64,000 nt of DNA from Anthoceros angustus. Taxonomy: Eukaryota > Plantae > Anthocerotophyta. Location: assembly GCA_010909165.1 (NCBI GenBank), contig MU008191.1, forward strand, positions 558,001-622,000, read 5' to 3'. The notes under the pieces were generated by a model, which searched no databases, had not been told where the DNA came from, and saw nothing but the letters and a program-made list of their open reading frames with translations. Below, piece by piece: positions 46,155 to 60,556 of this stretch (position 1 is its first letter; every line of letters starts with the position of its first letter). Position numbers and translations under genes: made by a program.

Positions 46155-47279
46155 CGCCTACCAGGATAGGGGGAAATGGCTGCGCTCTCTGCGAGTGGGC
46201 TGAAAGCAGATGTGGAACTCTAGTCGAGCGTGCAAGAAGGAGATGATCACCTTGGCTGGCAGGGAGGAGGTGAGTCGCCCAAGGCGTTGAAGGGGATCAT
46301 TTCCCTCTCATGAAACTCGTCCACCCAAAAAGATCACCCAGAAAGTTGTGGCTACATGACATCGAACAGAAACCCGCAACCCAACCAAGATAACATCTTT
46401 AGGCCAGAAACCACCTGAAACAGATCTGAGGTACTGCTGTCTTCTCTTCTCTTCAGCGTGAGCAACTGATGACCAGCCAGCCAAGAAACGTTCAGATTTG
46501 TCAACAGACTGCTACGAAGCACAAGCGTTGAGGTGCTTACCAAGCGCACCGACGAAGTGTTGGGACCCAAGAAGCCACTCGAGAGCTCTGGAGTACACCT
46601 GCCACAATCCCAAACCCTAAATCCTCAAGAGCCCAAAGTTTAGTTTCCGTGTGGTGGTCCAGGTCCCTCTCTCTCCCGACTTCGCCGCGCCACTCCAGCG
46701 AGGTGGTGGGAACATGTGGAACACTTTTGACAGCTTGCCAGGTGACCCGGTTTCATGGAAGCGTTCGGTAAATGCGCAGATGCCACTCGTTCTTTTGGGT
46801 CACTCAGTGGCGTATTCGATAACTAGCTTCATAATACCTCTAATTCGCAATCTTTTCTGACGGGATTCTTGCGGGGAAGATTCATCAAAGTAGTAATCAA
46901 ATGATGGATAAATAAGCGGTGTTTGTCATTCCAATGACTCAAATGTTAGATGTCAGACGAAGGACAAAAATGGCTGGAGGCGTTAAGATCAAAGGTGAAC
47001 CAGCTCACGCGGCCTGTGTGCAGCGGAGGATGCGAAGAGGCCGTCCGGGATTAAGCACGACGTACGTACCTTGGGTGAAAACGAGAAGACACAGGCAACA
47101 ACAAGCACGGGCTGCACGCAAGGTTCATGCACATTGCTGCATCCGGGATCTCAACTACAGGGTTGGTTGATCCGATCCTGTAACCCTCCAAAATGCAGCA
47201 AGAGAGCAGGGGCAATGCCCTTCTTAGCTCCTCTACCGGGACCGGCAGCATTCACGACCGGTTTGCATCGAAGCAATTC

Positions 47280-49443
47280 ATGGGCGGCGGGTACAAGCGG
47301 GAGAGCGTGGTGGTGATAGTGGATGCGGCGGAGGAGGTGCTCACCTTGGATGGTCTGGAGTGGGCCTTGTTGAACGTGGTGCATCCTGGGAGGAACGAGC
47401 TGATTGTCCTGGGAATTCTCCACGAGACTCAAGATTTCTCCTTCCTATGGGGAGGCCTGCTCAAAGGTAAGCTTGCAACTGCAAAAAGGGCGTTGGAAAA
47501 GTTGAGCTCGCTTCCCGACTCCTCCTTCTCACTTGCCAGATTCGCTTGTCTCGGGCACGCGTGTGACAGTGACCTGCTGCGCATCACGGAGTGCCAAGGC
47601 CAAACAGCTGAACCAAAAGATCAACCAGAAGCTGGAGGCCTACCATTTGACTCTGCAGCAGTCCGAGGTGCTGCGGGAAAAGGATGGGGTGAGTGTCCTT
47701 TCGCCTTCGGCCAAAGGCACGGCTCTACTTTCTCCTCGAGTACTTTCTCCCAGTTGCTGAGTTGCTGTTTCGAGTTGCGTCAGGTTGGTGTTCTCCAGGC
47801 TTCTGATGTGCTTGGGATTGTGGGTGCTGTCAGGTGAAAGTGCATATCCGGATCACAGCTGGATTCAGTCCACTCCACTCCATCGCCGTGCAAGAGACCA
47901 CGGCATTAGCTGCATCGTGGGTGATTCTCGACAGGTGAGTCCGTTGGTTCCCTGGCTCCACCCGCGCAGACTAGCAGCTGAGACCTCACTGCAGAGCCCT
48001 CACTGCAGAGCCTGATCCAGGACCCTGAAGACGCACCGGAGGTACTTCTCGGAGCAGATGACCTGCAATGTCGTGCTCATGAAGAACAAGGTGGACGCTG
48101 AAGTGCTCCGGATCCATCAGCAGCAGCAAGACTTGGGCAAGAGCCCGATGTCCATGGGGGACATCTCCCTCGAGTCCATCCTCCTGGCGGACACCGGATT
48201 CCACACCAACGACGGACTCCCCACGCCGGCCAGGGCCAGCCCAGTCTCCACCCGCGCCAGTAGCGGGCCAAGGAATTCCAATGTGCAGAATCCCGGGTAC
48301 CCAGTATTCAAGGGGGAGGCCGCGCCAGTCCTGGCTCCTGGGCTCCTGGCCAACGCCTTGAGCTTCCACACCGTGGACCCGTCCTTCGAGGTGTCCTGGA
48401 TGGACCCGGGCCCCGACCACCACGGACCCCTGTCCAAGACCATGGAAAGAATGGACTCCGACATAGATTGCAGCTTCGCCTCCATATCCCCCGCTTCGAG
48501 ACCCGCCACTCTGGCGCAAGCTGTGAAAAAGAGGTTCACCACGGGACCCGTGAGAGTGGCCGACGAGCCTTACGACGCCTCCGCCACCGACCTCCACTCG
48601 GAATACGAGGAAGAAGCAACGGACATGGAGGAAGGCCACGACCCCACCACCCCCCGGCCTTTCAAAGCAGCGCAGGCCCCGGCACCGACAACTCCATCTC
48701 CCACAGTCCCGCGACCAGCAACCACCAGTCCGGACGACGGCTACGCCTCAGATCTCTCCTCCCATTCCGACTTCAGCAGCGACTTCGGAGGCAGAACTCC
48801 CCGCGCCCTCAGCAAGCTGGTGCAAGATCAGCGCCAACCGGGACTCGAGAGCCGCATCACCAGCAGATTCAGAAGCGACTGGATTCAGGACGCGCATCAT
48901 AGCGAAGAGGACGACGACAACGACAACAAGTCCTCCTTTCCTCCCAGCCTTGACCACGGCGCCATCGCAGCGACATCAGCTATGGAGCGTCACCAACGAC
49001 GAACTGCAAACCCTAACCCTAACCCTAGGGGGGCTCCCACCTCGCCCGGTTCCAGCTCCTCGTCCGCCAGCTTCGCCAGGTCCACCAGCTTCCCGCCGAG
49101 TCCCTTGGTCCCGACCCACGCCCCGAGTTCCTCCAACAACTCGCCCAAGCCGAGGCTGGTGACCGGTTACCCGCACCTGTCGCAGAGTCCGGGGTCCAGG
49201 GCGGGCAGTCGCCTGTCCGCCAAGCCCAGCCCTGCTGTTTCCCACATGTCTCGCCACTCCTCGCATTTGCCGTCGTCGTCGCCCGCCTCCTCGACCCGGT
49301 CCAGCCGGTTGTACCAGTCACCAAATCAGTGGAAACGGGACCAAAGCCAAAGCGGAGGTACTTCTGGAGACCGGGAAGCTTACCCCAAGATGCCAGCCCC
49401 CCCGCTTCTGAGCCCTCCCCGGTTTGAGCAATTTGAATTCTAG
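47280..49443 (+). CDS. USP-like (adenine nucleotide alpha-hydrolase-like) N-terminal domain of the RLCK type plus a long Ser/Pro-rich disordered tail; no kinase domain
   Basis: Exons 47280-47466, 47540-~47688, ~47834-47934 and ~48022-49443 join in frame: VVVIVDA...LEWALLNVVHPG...VKVHIRITAG...ASWVILDRTLK...EQMTCNVVLMKNK. This is the N-terminal module of At3g13690-type kinases. Confidence 0.85.
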
Positions 49444-50817
49444 CTGCAATCCTCACTTCCATGCGCAATCTGCCATATTACCCAGCTTCGAACCCCTTCC
49501 AACAAGATCTTCATACATACCTCTTCAATCGGCCCATCTCCGCCTTTGGATCCCTACCCATCAGTATCATACCCACCATTTCCGTAAGAGTGTTCAGCTT
49601 GAACCCAATGTATCTTATTAGTGTTAAAGCCCCACATACATGTAGTTGCTTATGTTTCAGTAGCATGCAATCTTGATATCGACAGATAGTCCAGTCTTTA
49701 TGAAGGGTAAACATCCTATGATTTGTGTCCGGAGGTACATACGTACATATTTGGAAAAATTGTGCAAAACAACATGACAAGCTGATGGAGGAGGGCTGTA
49801 GCATTGCGGGAAATATCATGGCTTTGTACCGTTTTCATCCATAATCACACGACATAGCGTGCTTCGTGGCTGATCGGAGCTTCCACTTTGCCGGAGTTTG
49901 AGAGTATTTGCTGTGGTTGCTTGTTTTGGAGGTTGGGGGTGAACCTTACGACGAGGTGAAAGGACACGACACCGTCATAAGTTCGAGAAAGGATAGGCCT
50001 ATGGCATGGCAGGAAACATAGAATATCGAGACACCCGGGAAGAACTTTCATGTCCAGCATACACGTGGGAGGAGCCAAGTGGCATGATTATCCAAGGGCC
50101 ACCCGAGAAGGTGCAGGTGCCCAAGAAGCCCGGGGATCAGGAGCCCGTGTATTTCAGCCGTTCCAGCCCGACTTGTGTTGCCTGTCCTGTTGCTTGCAGG
50201 CGTGTTGCTGCATCAGCAGAGGCAATTTGGAGTGGATGGAATTCTCGGTACTGTTCTGGTTCATCTATATATGCGGGCATGCCGGTGGGGTATGCTCAGC
50301 GCCTGCTGATTCAGCCTCTGCCTTTGCCTGTGCCTCTGCCTCTGCCTGTACCTCCGCTTCTGCCTCTGCCCGTGCTGCCAGCTTCGCCTGGGGACGTGCT
50401 CCACCGTTGGAACGCGTGGGCTGCCGCCGGAGGTGTTTGAGAAGTGAGCCTGCTGCCTGTGACCGGCCTTTCTGGGGCTTGACGCTGCTTGGGGTTCGCT
50501 TCGCTTCGCCTCGCCTCGCCCTCCCCTTTCTGCTCCCCTTTGAGCTGCTCTGTGCTGCTGCCCTGCCTTTATGGGGACCCGATTGATGCTGAGGGCCCGG
50601 GGTGCTGTTGGGGATTCGCCAAGCTCGTGCTGTGTGCGCTTGCCTGAAATAAGTGCACCTGCCTGATAGCGTGTGAGCCACATTCTGGGTCCTGTTGGTG
50701 TGTGAGAGAATTTCATTGCTTGTTGCAGCACCTGGCTTGTGCACTGGTTGTGGGCACTGTTTGTGGGTGGGGGATTTGCTGCCGGGGAGGTGAGCGAAGT
50801 TGGGTCAGCTGTTCTGA

Positions 50818-52830
<2,013 letters not shown>

Positions 52831-54024
52831 CTGCGTTTGCAGCTTCCAGAACGCACGTCCACGGCTGTCCGAAACTCGCCCGGTCACCAATTTTGACGTG
52901 ACAGACACCAATGGGGAAAGGATGATATGATTCATCAGCCTTCGACGATGCAGTAGCAGGGCCACTTTCTGGATTCCTACCTTGCTTCTACGTTTTGTCG
53001 AATTCTTGCCAAGGTAGTGATTCTGGAACAAGGTTCCTGTCATTAGTCGCCGTTTGTCTGAAAACTCGAATTCGAAGAAGTCCATCAGTTCGTCGTGTAA
53101 TGAGAAAAAAAACTTTGCGTGCACTACTCACTGCAAGCTTCGGCTTCGTTTTACTGCTCCTCGATTTGAAGGCGAGGAGCTTAAAGAAGCTCTTGTCTCT
53201 TGATCCCAACGATGATGCTGTAGATCAGGTCTGCATCTCTTAGAATAGATATCAAGGAAGAGAACGTGATTTCTTTTCATATTGGAGTGAATTTCGCTTG
53301 CCTGTGTTCTAGTTGAGGAATGTGTGTAATCTAGCCCAGCGTGGAAAAGCTTGCAACTCCACAACCTACTTTTGTGGGTGACCACGGCTCCAGCCTTTCA
53401 TCCAGACAAACCCTCTGTAGAAACACTTCTCATTTCATGTTTTTGGTCTAAAGCAGGTTCCATTTAGCATCAATTGAAGATCCACGGAAGGCAATTACAT
53501 GGTACGATGAGTAGCCAACGCTATGATGTGGCAAAGCAATCTTGATCCACCAAATGAGATTACCTATCAATGCTACGTTTTTCTTAATTATTCTTCCTAG
53601 TTCACTGGAATCCTGCACACCGGGCATCGGTGTAGACGGGAGCTTGATTACCTTCTAGTGGGAAGTTGTACCCCTCCACTGGGAGGAGACTAGACATGCA
53701 AGTCGACCGAGCATTATCTGCAAGAGGAGGCGGAGAATTCTCTGCACCTCCTCTGGATGGGCACTCAGCATGATATCGATAACTATCTACAGGAGAAGGC
53801 TGAGGATTGTCTGCAGCAGGATGTAGAGGATGCTCTGCATTCTCTGCAAGAGGCAGTGCCTGAGGCTGAGGATTTTAGGAGGGAAGAGGCTGAAGATAAT
53901 ATTGTCTCCAAGAGGCTGAGGATTGCCTAAAAAATAAAGAGCAAGGAAGAGGATGAGCATGATTTATCCGCCGAAGGCCATACGTGCAGTGGAGGAATCT
54001 CCGCACAATCACATCTACCTTAGA

Positions 54025-54113
54025 AGAAGAAGAATTTATTGAAGTCCACCGACGACAACTTACGTCACGGGACAGAACTTTGATGACCATAACATGGATG
54101 TCATACAAACTTT
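54025..54113 (-). mobile_element. Diverged short copy of the (TTC)n-tailed retroposed family, copy 3
   Basis: The minus strand ends GTCCCGTGACG...GTGGACTTCAATAAA(TTC)n, like copies 1 and 2. Possible TSD CTTAGA at 54019-54024 and 54114-54119. Confidence 0.65.
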
Positions 54114-54178
54114 CTTAGAGGACACTTTGGGCGGATGAAGCTCTCAAGCCCTCCTGCTCCTGGCGTCCGTGGCGCAAC

Positions 54179-55991
54179 TCAGACATCAGGAAATGGTGGA
54201 AAAATATCATCCATCGGTCCAGCCGGAGCAACATCACCTGCTGGCACCAAACGCGCTGGAGGTAGAACAATCGGCGGCAGAGAATTCAGAGGAGGCAGCA
54301 TTGGAGTCGGTGCCCGCGCTCTACCACGGGGAGATGGTGGAAAAATATCATCCATCGGTCCAGCCGGAGCAACATCACCTGCTGGCACCAAACGCGCTGG
54401 AGGTAGAACAATCGGCGGCAGAGAATTCAAAGGAGGCAGCATCGGAGTCGGTGCCCGCGCTCTACCATGGTGAGATGGTGGAAAAATATCATCCATCGGT
54501 CCAGCCGGAGCAACATCACCTGCTGGCACCAAACGCGCTGGAGGTAGAACAATCGGCGGCAGAGAATTCAGAGGAGGCAGCATTGGAGTCGGTGCCCGCG
54601 CTCTACCATGGGGAGATGGTGGAAAAATATCTATAGGTCCAGCCGGAGCAACATCACCTGCTGGCACAAAACCCGCTGGAGGTAGAACAATCGGCGGCAG
54701 AGAATTCAAAGGAGGCAGCATCGGAGTCGGTGCCCGCGCTCTACCATGGGGAGATGGTGGAAAAAGATCATCTATAGGTCCAGCCGGAGCAACATCACCT
54801 GCTGGCACAAAACCCGCTGGAGGTAGAACAATCGGCGGCAGAGAATTCAGAGGAGGCAGCATCGGAGTCGGTGCCCGCGCTCTACCACGGGGAGATGGTG
54901 GAAAAATATCTATAGGTCCAGCTGGAGCAACATCACCTGCTGGCACAAAACCTGCTGGAGGTAGAACAATAGGCGGCAGAGAATTCAGAGGAGGCAGCAT
55001 TGGAGTCGGTGCCGGTGCTCTACCACGGGGAGATGGCGGAAAAAGATCATATATAGGTCCAGCCGGAGCAACATCACCCCATGGCACCAATTCCGCTGGA
55101 GGTAGAACAATTGGCGGCAGAGAATCCAATGGTGGCAGCATTGGAGGTGGTGTGCGGGCCTTCATACCTCCTGGACTTGGGGGACTGGGTGGGGATTCGA
55201 CAGGAGCCCCTGGCGTTCCTGGACCAGGCTTCCCCCTTCCTCCACACTGCTGAACGCTTTGAAACACAAAGTCGTTCTTAAAGCCGTCATCTCTGACGTA
55301 GTAGAACACCACGTTGGAGTCCGGTGATATAACCTTCCCTGAATGAACCAGCCATTGATCTGTCTTCCCGGGCACCTCAGATATATCTCCATTTGGATCT
55401 TGCAGCGCCTTGAAATTGTCACAGCCCAAGATCACCTCTGACGGCCCGCATGTTGCGTTTGCGTTTGCACATGGATTCGTCACATTTACCATGTACCTGT
55501 AGCCCTTGGTGCTTTGCTCTAGCGTTGTCTGGATGAGAATAAGGCTGTTTGGACACTCTTGTTCATCTGGCAGCAAAATTAAATATTGCAGGTCAATAAG
55601 ATTCGACAGGCTGAAAGACGTATCTAACTTGATCAATCAAAATAGAAACCTTCAACGGCTTCAAGCTTCGCTAGCAATAGACGTCCATGTGGCATTTCAA
55701 TTCGAACTTGGTGATATGTAGGTAACATTGCAAGACTGCCGCCGTCTTGTAAAGCTATTTGAAAAAACAATTTTGATTAAAATTATAAATATTCACTTTA
55801 GGTATTCAACTGATAAAACATGCACTTTATGTATTGAAATAATAAAATAGAAGTACTATAGTTCTAACGAGTTTGAACAGAAAATACATACTTCCATGAC
55901 CCAGATCGAAAATACATAATAGATTATATATGCTGAAGGAGAAGATAATAGTAGCAATTAATAGCAATTCCTTAGTTGTCCGACTTTTCAT
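54179..55991 (-). CDS. TPD1-like (TAPETUM DETERMINANT 1 family) domain fused to Pro-rich tandem repeats; 5' exons uncertain
   Basis: The exon from 55566 encodes ECPNSLILIQ...RYMVNVTNPC...TCGPSEVILGCDNF...QWLVHSGKVI....VVFYY...SVQQC, with TPD1 family spacing and 5 of 6 Cys, followed by 7 repeats. A signal-peptide-like start MKSRTTKELLLIATIIFSFS lies at 55991 but I could not splice it cleanly. Confidence 0.75.
54194..55160. repeat. Coding tandem array, 7 units of 138-141 bp (46-47 aa)
   Basis: Unit RARAPTPMLPPLNSLPPIVLPPA(GF/RL)VPAGDVAPAGP(I/M)D(D)(I/L)FPPSP(R/H)G; period 141 bp measured between 54194 and 54335. Confidence 0.97.
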
Positions 55992-57152
55992 CTTGAATTA
56001 TCCTACAAGAATGGAAGTAAAGAAATTAAAATAATTACAATACCTTTATAATTTTTTTCATCCACAACTAGATGAACAATCCTTTCCATCCAAATTAGAA
56101 ATGAATACACATATTAAAATCAAAGAGTCAATTTTTTTTTAAAAAAACACAAAAACATGATTAGACTTACTACACGTGCATACTCCAATCAAAAATCTTG
56201 TTTGGTATGACTCTACTCATACATATATAAACTATGAAGATATTGCTTATGCATAAGCGAGATAGATGTCTCATATTAAAATTCATCAATTAAAAATATA
56301 CATGTAACTAATAAATTTAAAATCTCAATCAATGAATAACAAAATCCATATAAAGAAGAAATCTCCCAAGAAACGAACAATCAACAACCTTGTTCGTTGT
56401 TCTATAAGTACATATGTTTTCAAAAACACGTGAGACTGGGTCGAGGAAAGTCACGAGTACTCGCAATACTCGCAAACCATACAAGGGACCCACCTATTTC
56501 TTGCATGCAAGATTGTGAGCTACAAAATCTTAAAATCAATCCACGTCGAAAACCTCCCTTGAGTTGTGAATGAAAACACTCACTAATATTTATAGGTTTG
56601 CCAATAGTCAATTGAAGTCAAGAAGAAATTATGACAAGAGAGCAATAATTAAAAACTGAAGAAGGAGATATTCATATATAAGAAAGCAATGGAAAGAAAC
56701 TCGATATAATCTTAGGGAACAATCATTTAATCGAAATGATTGAATTTACTTATTTTTAATCCCAAGAGTAATCAACTAGTGCAATTTTTAATCTCAAGAA
56801 TAATAACTAGTGTACCACTTGGAAGGAGTGGCTAATATATAAATCGTAATGATGGAATTGTCTTCCACAGATGGTGCTTATTCTATAATTGGACCAGGTT
56901 AGATGTATATCATCATCATTATCTAGGAACATATACAAATTGCGTAACTTTGATTAGCGAGGGAACCATTATCAAAGGCAAAAGATTACAAGTCTGCAAG
57001 AGAGAAATTACCTCTTGCTACTTCTTTAAATTCAAAGGATCCATACACAATTTGTAGTTAGCCTAACTGGCAAAGCATGTCATCTACAAGTCATTGCTGC
57101 ATAGAGTAGTGCTCCATAGATATATGATCCTAAACTTGCTTCGGCCAGCTGC

Positions 57153-57320
57153 CGAATTGTAACCAAGGATCCAAGCGGTGAAAGCTCTTGGACGCGAATT
57201 GTAACCAAGGATCCAGGCAGTGAAAGCTCTTAGATGCGAATTGTAACCAAGGATCCAGGCGGTGAAAGCTCTTGGACGTGAATTGTAACCAAGGATCCAG
57301 GCGGTGAAAGCTCTTGTACG
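57153..57320. repeat. 42-bp tandem repeat, 4 units
   Basis: GAATTGTAACCAAGGATCCA(A/G)GC(G/A)GTGAAAGCTCTT units at 57153, 57195, 57237 and 57279. A single related copy lies at ~62517-62560. Confidence 0.92.
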
Positions 57321-57739
57321 TAAACTGTTTGTTGGAGCAAGGGGTAAACCACCTCCAAACTGGAAGTATAGTTAAGTTGGTCGTGTGATGCGTTCTTTTG
57401 TCAGGCCTGTTGGTTCCTGCGGGTGGTGCAAAGGGAGGGTGCCGGCCGGCCGGTGCCCTCCTCTTTCACCACCCTATTGGTGCCCATTGACTCCACAGCG
57501 GCGCTCCCGCATAATTCCACAGCTGGTTCCTCTGAGCCACACACTCAACATCATGAAATCTAAAGCTTGGTGGAGAAGAGACCCATGCTCTTCCCGTGGT
57601 TTGCACTCCACCCCTCCACAATTATTGCAAGCCTCCACACACACCGTCCCTCGCCCAATATTTTCAGCAACGAGCTCATACTCCAAGCTACCACCAACCC
57701 CTTCAATTACCTCCGCTGGCGCCCACCGTGCCGCACCTG

Positions 57740-58965
57740 TGATCCTACGGATGTAGGGCCACCTCTACACCTCCCTACGGACGTAGGGTCAACTGCATGG
57801 CCCTACCGCCTCCACACTCTCCAGCAAGAAGGTCTCCCGTGGCGGATCTTGCTCCATGCCTTCCTCTTCCTCCTCCGAGTCATCCTCTACGGCCTTCCAT
57901 ATACCTGTCGGATGTGTTGGGCTGTCCAGCACCCTGGATCAGTCCTTGCATCCCTATTCTCCAGTTCCTCAAGTTCCTGCCGTGGCATAGTGAAGTTTAT
58001 AAATCATTCCTCTATCATCTCCAAGTTGACATAGGCCCAATGGCAGCCATACACCCATTGCAATTGTACGTTGGGCTCTCCAGCAAACCATCTGAATGCC
58101 ACCAAGTGCCTAGCCTCCACTTCCTCTTCACTCCACAGTCCCACCTAGCTCAAACTTGATGTCCTCACAGCATATAGCTCCTCATGCGCCCAAATCCCTC
58201 ACTTGCAAGGTCCTAGGCATAAGGAGCCCAAATCCCTCACTTGCAAGGTCCTAGGCACAAAAATTCAGCGCCGCTGCCCTCTTCACAGTTGTGCTTCAAA
58301 TCCCTTCACACACAACTCCTTATGCATGCATACCTTCTTCTCCTTGCACACACATGGGCACCGCGTTCTCACCAAGTCCTTGCCCTAGCTTTCCCTTGCA
58401 TGCACAAGCTCTTCCGTGCGATTCCTCGCAGGCTTCCTAGGTGTCACTCCCTACACACCCCCCTTGCATGGCCCTTTGGTAGTGATAGTGAAACTTCTTG
58501 ATATAGGCCGTCGATTCCTTGCCATGTGGCACCATTTCCACCATCCTCTGCCTACGTAGGGAGACCTTACCGCTCCCTACGGTAGGGAGACACTCTCATC
58601 CTACCTATCTACCTACCTAACTATCCTACATGTAGGGAGCCCTTGCTGCCCTACATCCTACCCATGTAGGGCCACCCCGATCACCCTACATCTCTGTCAC
58701 GCACTGCGTCACGCACTACCCTACCCACATACATACATGTATGTATGTCCTACCCATATACATACACGCATTGTCCTACCCACATACATACATGTAGGGA
58801 TCCCTGCCCTACCTATGTAGGGTCACCCTTGTCACCCTACGTACTACCTTAACCTGTCCGAGATCCCTCCGCCCTACACCTACTCCACGTGGGGTGCACC
58901 TCCCTACAGTAGGGAGTGCCATGCCCTACGTCCACTACCACCCTACACCTCCTCCGCGTAGGGTG
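57740..58965. repeat. TE-derived region with many short CCCTAC-n-GTAGGG hairpin motifs
   Basis: Examples: CCTACGGATGTAGGG, CCCTACGGACGTAGGG, CCTACGTAGG, CCCTACGGTAGGG, CCTACATGTAGGG, CCTACCCATGTAGGG, CCTACCTATGTAGGG, CCCTACAGTAGGG. Confidence 0.75.
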
Positions 58966-59144
58966 CACCACTCAAACACTCTCCCAATTAGCTCTCATGT
59001 GACTTCTGCAAATATAATAAGCTGAAACACCTCACACAAAAAGCACCCCATCCCTACGCACCACTCAAACACTCTCCCAATTAGCTCTCATGTGACTTCT
59101 GCAAATATAATAAGCTAAAACACCTCACACAAAAAGCACCCCAT
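58965..59144. repeat. Near-perfect direct duplication, period 93 bp
   Basis: GCACCACTCAAACACTCTCCCAATTAGCTCTCATGTGACTTCTGCAAATATAATAAGCT at 58965 and 59058. Confidence 0.92.
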
Positions 59145-59199
59145 CTCAGCATTGATTTGCCCCTAAGGGGCTTGACTTTGGAGTTCTTACACTTCACTA

Positions 59200-60050
59200 T
59201 CCAACACACCAAATTGGCTTGCACGTGGTATTTGCCATGAATAAATTGGCCTTATTCTCTGGTGAACTCCTCACGCCTCAACATCATCTCGTATCAACCC
59301 TCCTTGCTGCCCATTTTTCCTCGCGGCCACCACAACGGCCTCCCTTCACTTTGACTTGCAGCCCCACTGCAAATTCTGCCGTCATGATGCACATCCCGTT
59401 GTGATCCCTTCACCATGTTGCAGCCCACCTGCAACACTGCCTTCCTATGGTTTTGCCACACCTCCATCTTGCAGCCCAGCTACAAATTCAGCCTGCTGTG
59501 AGTGCTCTACCCTGGCCTTTCCTAGTTCAACACAGGGCCATCCTCACATCGTGACTCCATTGAGAGCTCTTCCATGTGCCTCGGCACCGCCATGGCCTCC
59601 TCTTACAACCCTTGTGGCTGCCCACCCTGAACATGAGCTCCTCGCTCCCATCCTTGCACCCATTGCTGCTCCTCTCTCGCATGCTGAGCTCCCAGCCTAG
59701 AGCCACCCAGGATCCCTGAATTCCACCATTACGCACTTGGCCCATCTACCAGCGCCCTCCCATCGCAAAATCTCAGCAACATGAGCACCTACCCATGTCT
59801 CACTTCTTCCACACGTGTGGCAAATTACTTTTGCCTTAGGTGGTGGCCCCCAATAATCAGGCCTTTGCCTCTGCAAGCCTATCAGCATTGCTTGTGCAAA
59901 GAACCTCAAGCTACTTCCTTGGCTTAATTGCCTTCACCCTCTACTCCTCATTCTCCAACAAATTGCCTCAAGATCTTCTCGATACCTCTTCCACTTCACT
60001 TCAATTCTCTCGATTCGCTTGACTCTGCTCAGTTTGCTCTAGTTTGATCC
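59200..60050 (-). mobile_element. Degenerate gag-like retrotransposon remnant
   Basis: The minus frame is broken by stops but contains a helical/basic segment and the knuckle-like KVICHTCGR. Weak evidence. Confidence 0.3.
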
Positions 60051-60556
60051 CTTTTGATCCAAAAAGTAGGAGTGCCCAAACTTTCATGTTCCACATGGTG
60101 CAGAGGGAGGGCGCCGGCCGGTCGGCGCCCTCCTCAAGCACTACCCGTAGGGTGCTTTGATGCGGGGACTATGGACCGCGTCCGAAATTTGGCGGTGGTC
60201 CTTGACTCAGTATCGGCGTAAGGCATGGACGAGTCGCCAGGCCGCCCTCTTGAATGGCTATTGTTGATGCTGATGACCACTTCCTCCTTTAGCAGTTGTT
60301 TGTTGCAAGTTTTTCACGAGTATTGAAATAAGACTCTCACAAGTACATGCATGATTTTTATTGTGTTCCACCACTTGAAAAGTAATATTTTTGGTTGTAA
60401 TAAACAGATGAAAATGGCAGCCCACTATGCTTTCTACAAAAATGCAGACAGGCCCGCATCCTACAGTGCTCTACTTCTGGGGTATAGAATTGAAAGTGCG
60501 TCTTTCATCAAAGGTATGGACTCCCAAAGGGTGTGCCCATTATCATAGCTTGGCAG

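Noticed and set aside
49009-49030. Telomere-like AACCCT repeats
   Set aside because: Only about three units, encoding NPNPNP within a CDS. Other AAACCCTA motifs in the window are isolated telo-box-type sites.
54169-54636. Plus-strand ORF MVEKYHPSVQPEQHH... repeats
   Set aside because: Antisense shadow of the Pro-rich coding repeat. The unit lacks stops on that strand and later units do contain stops.
57153-57320. CRISPR-like appearance of the 42-bp, 32-bp (38182) and 30-bp (26821) arrays
   Set aside because: The repeats are contiguous with no unique spacers, there are no cas genes, and the context is eukaryotic.
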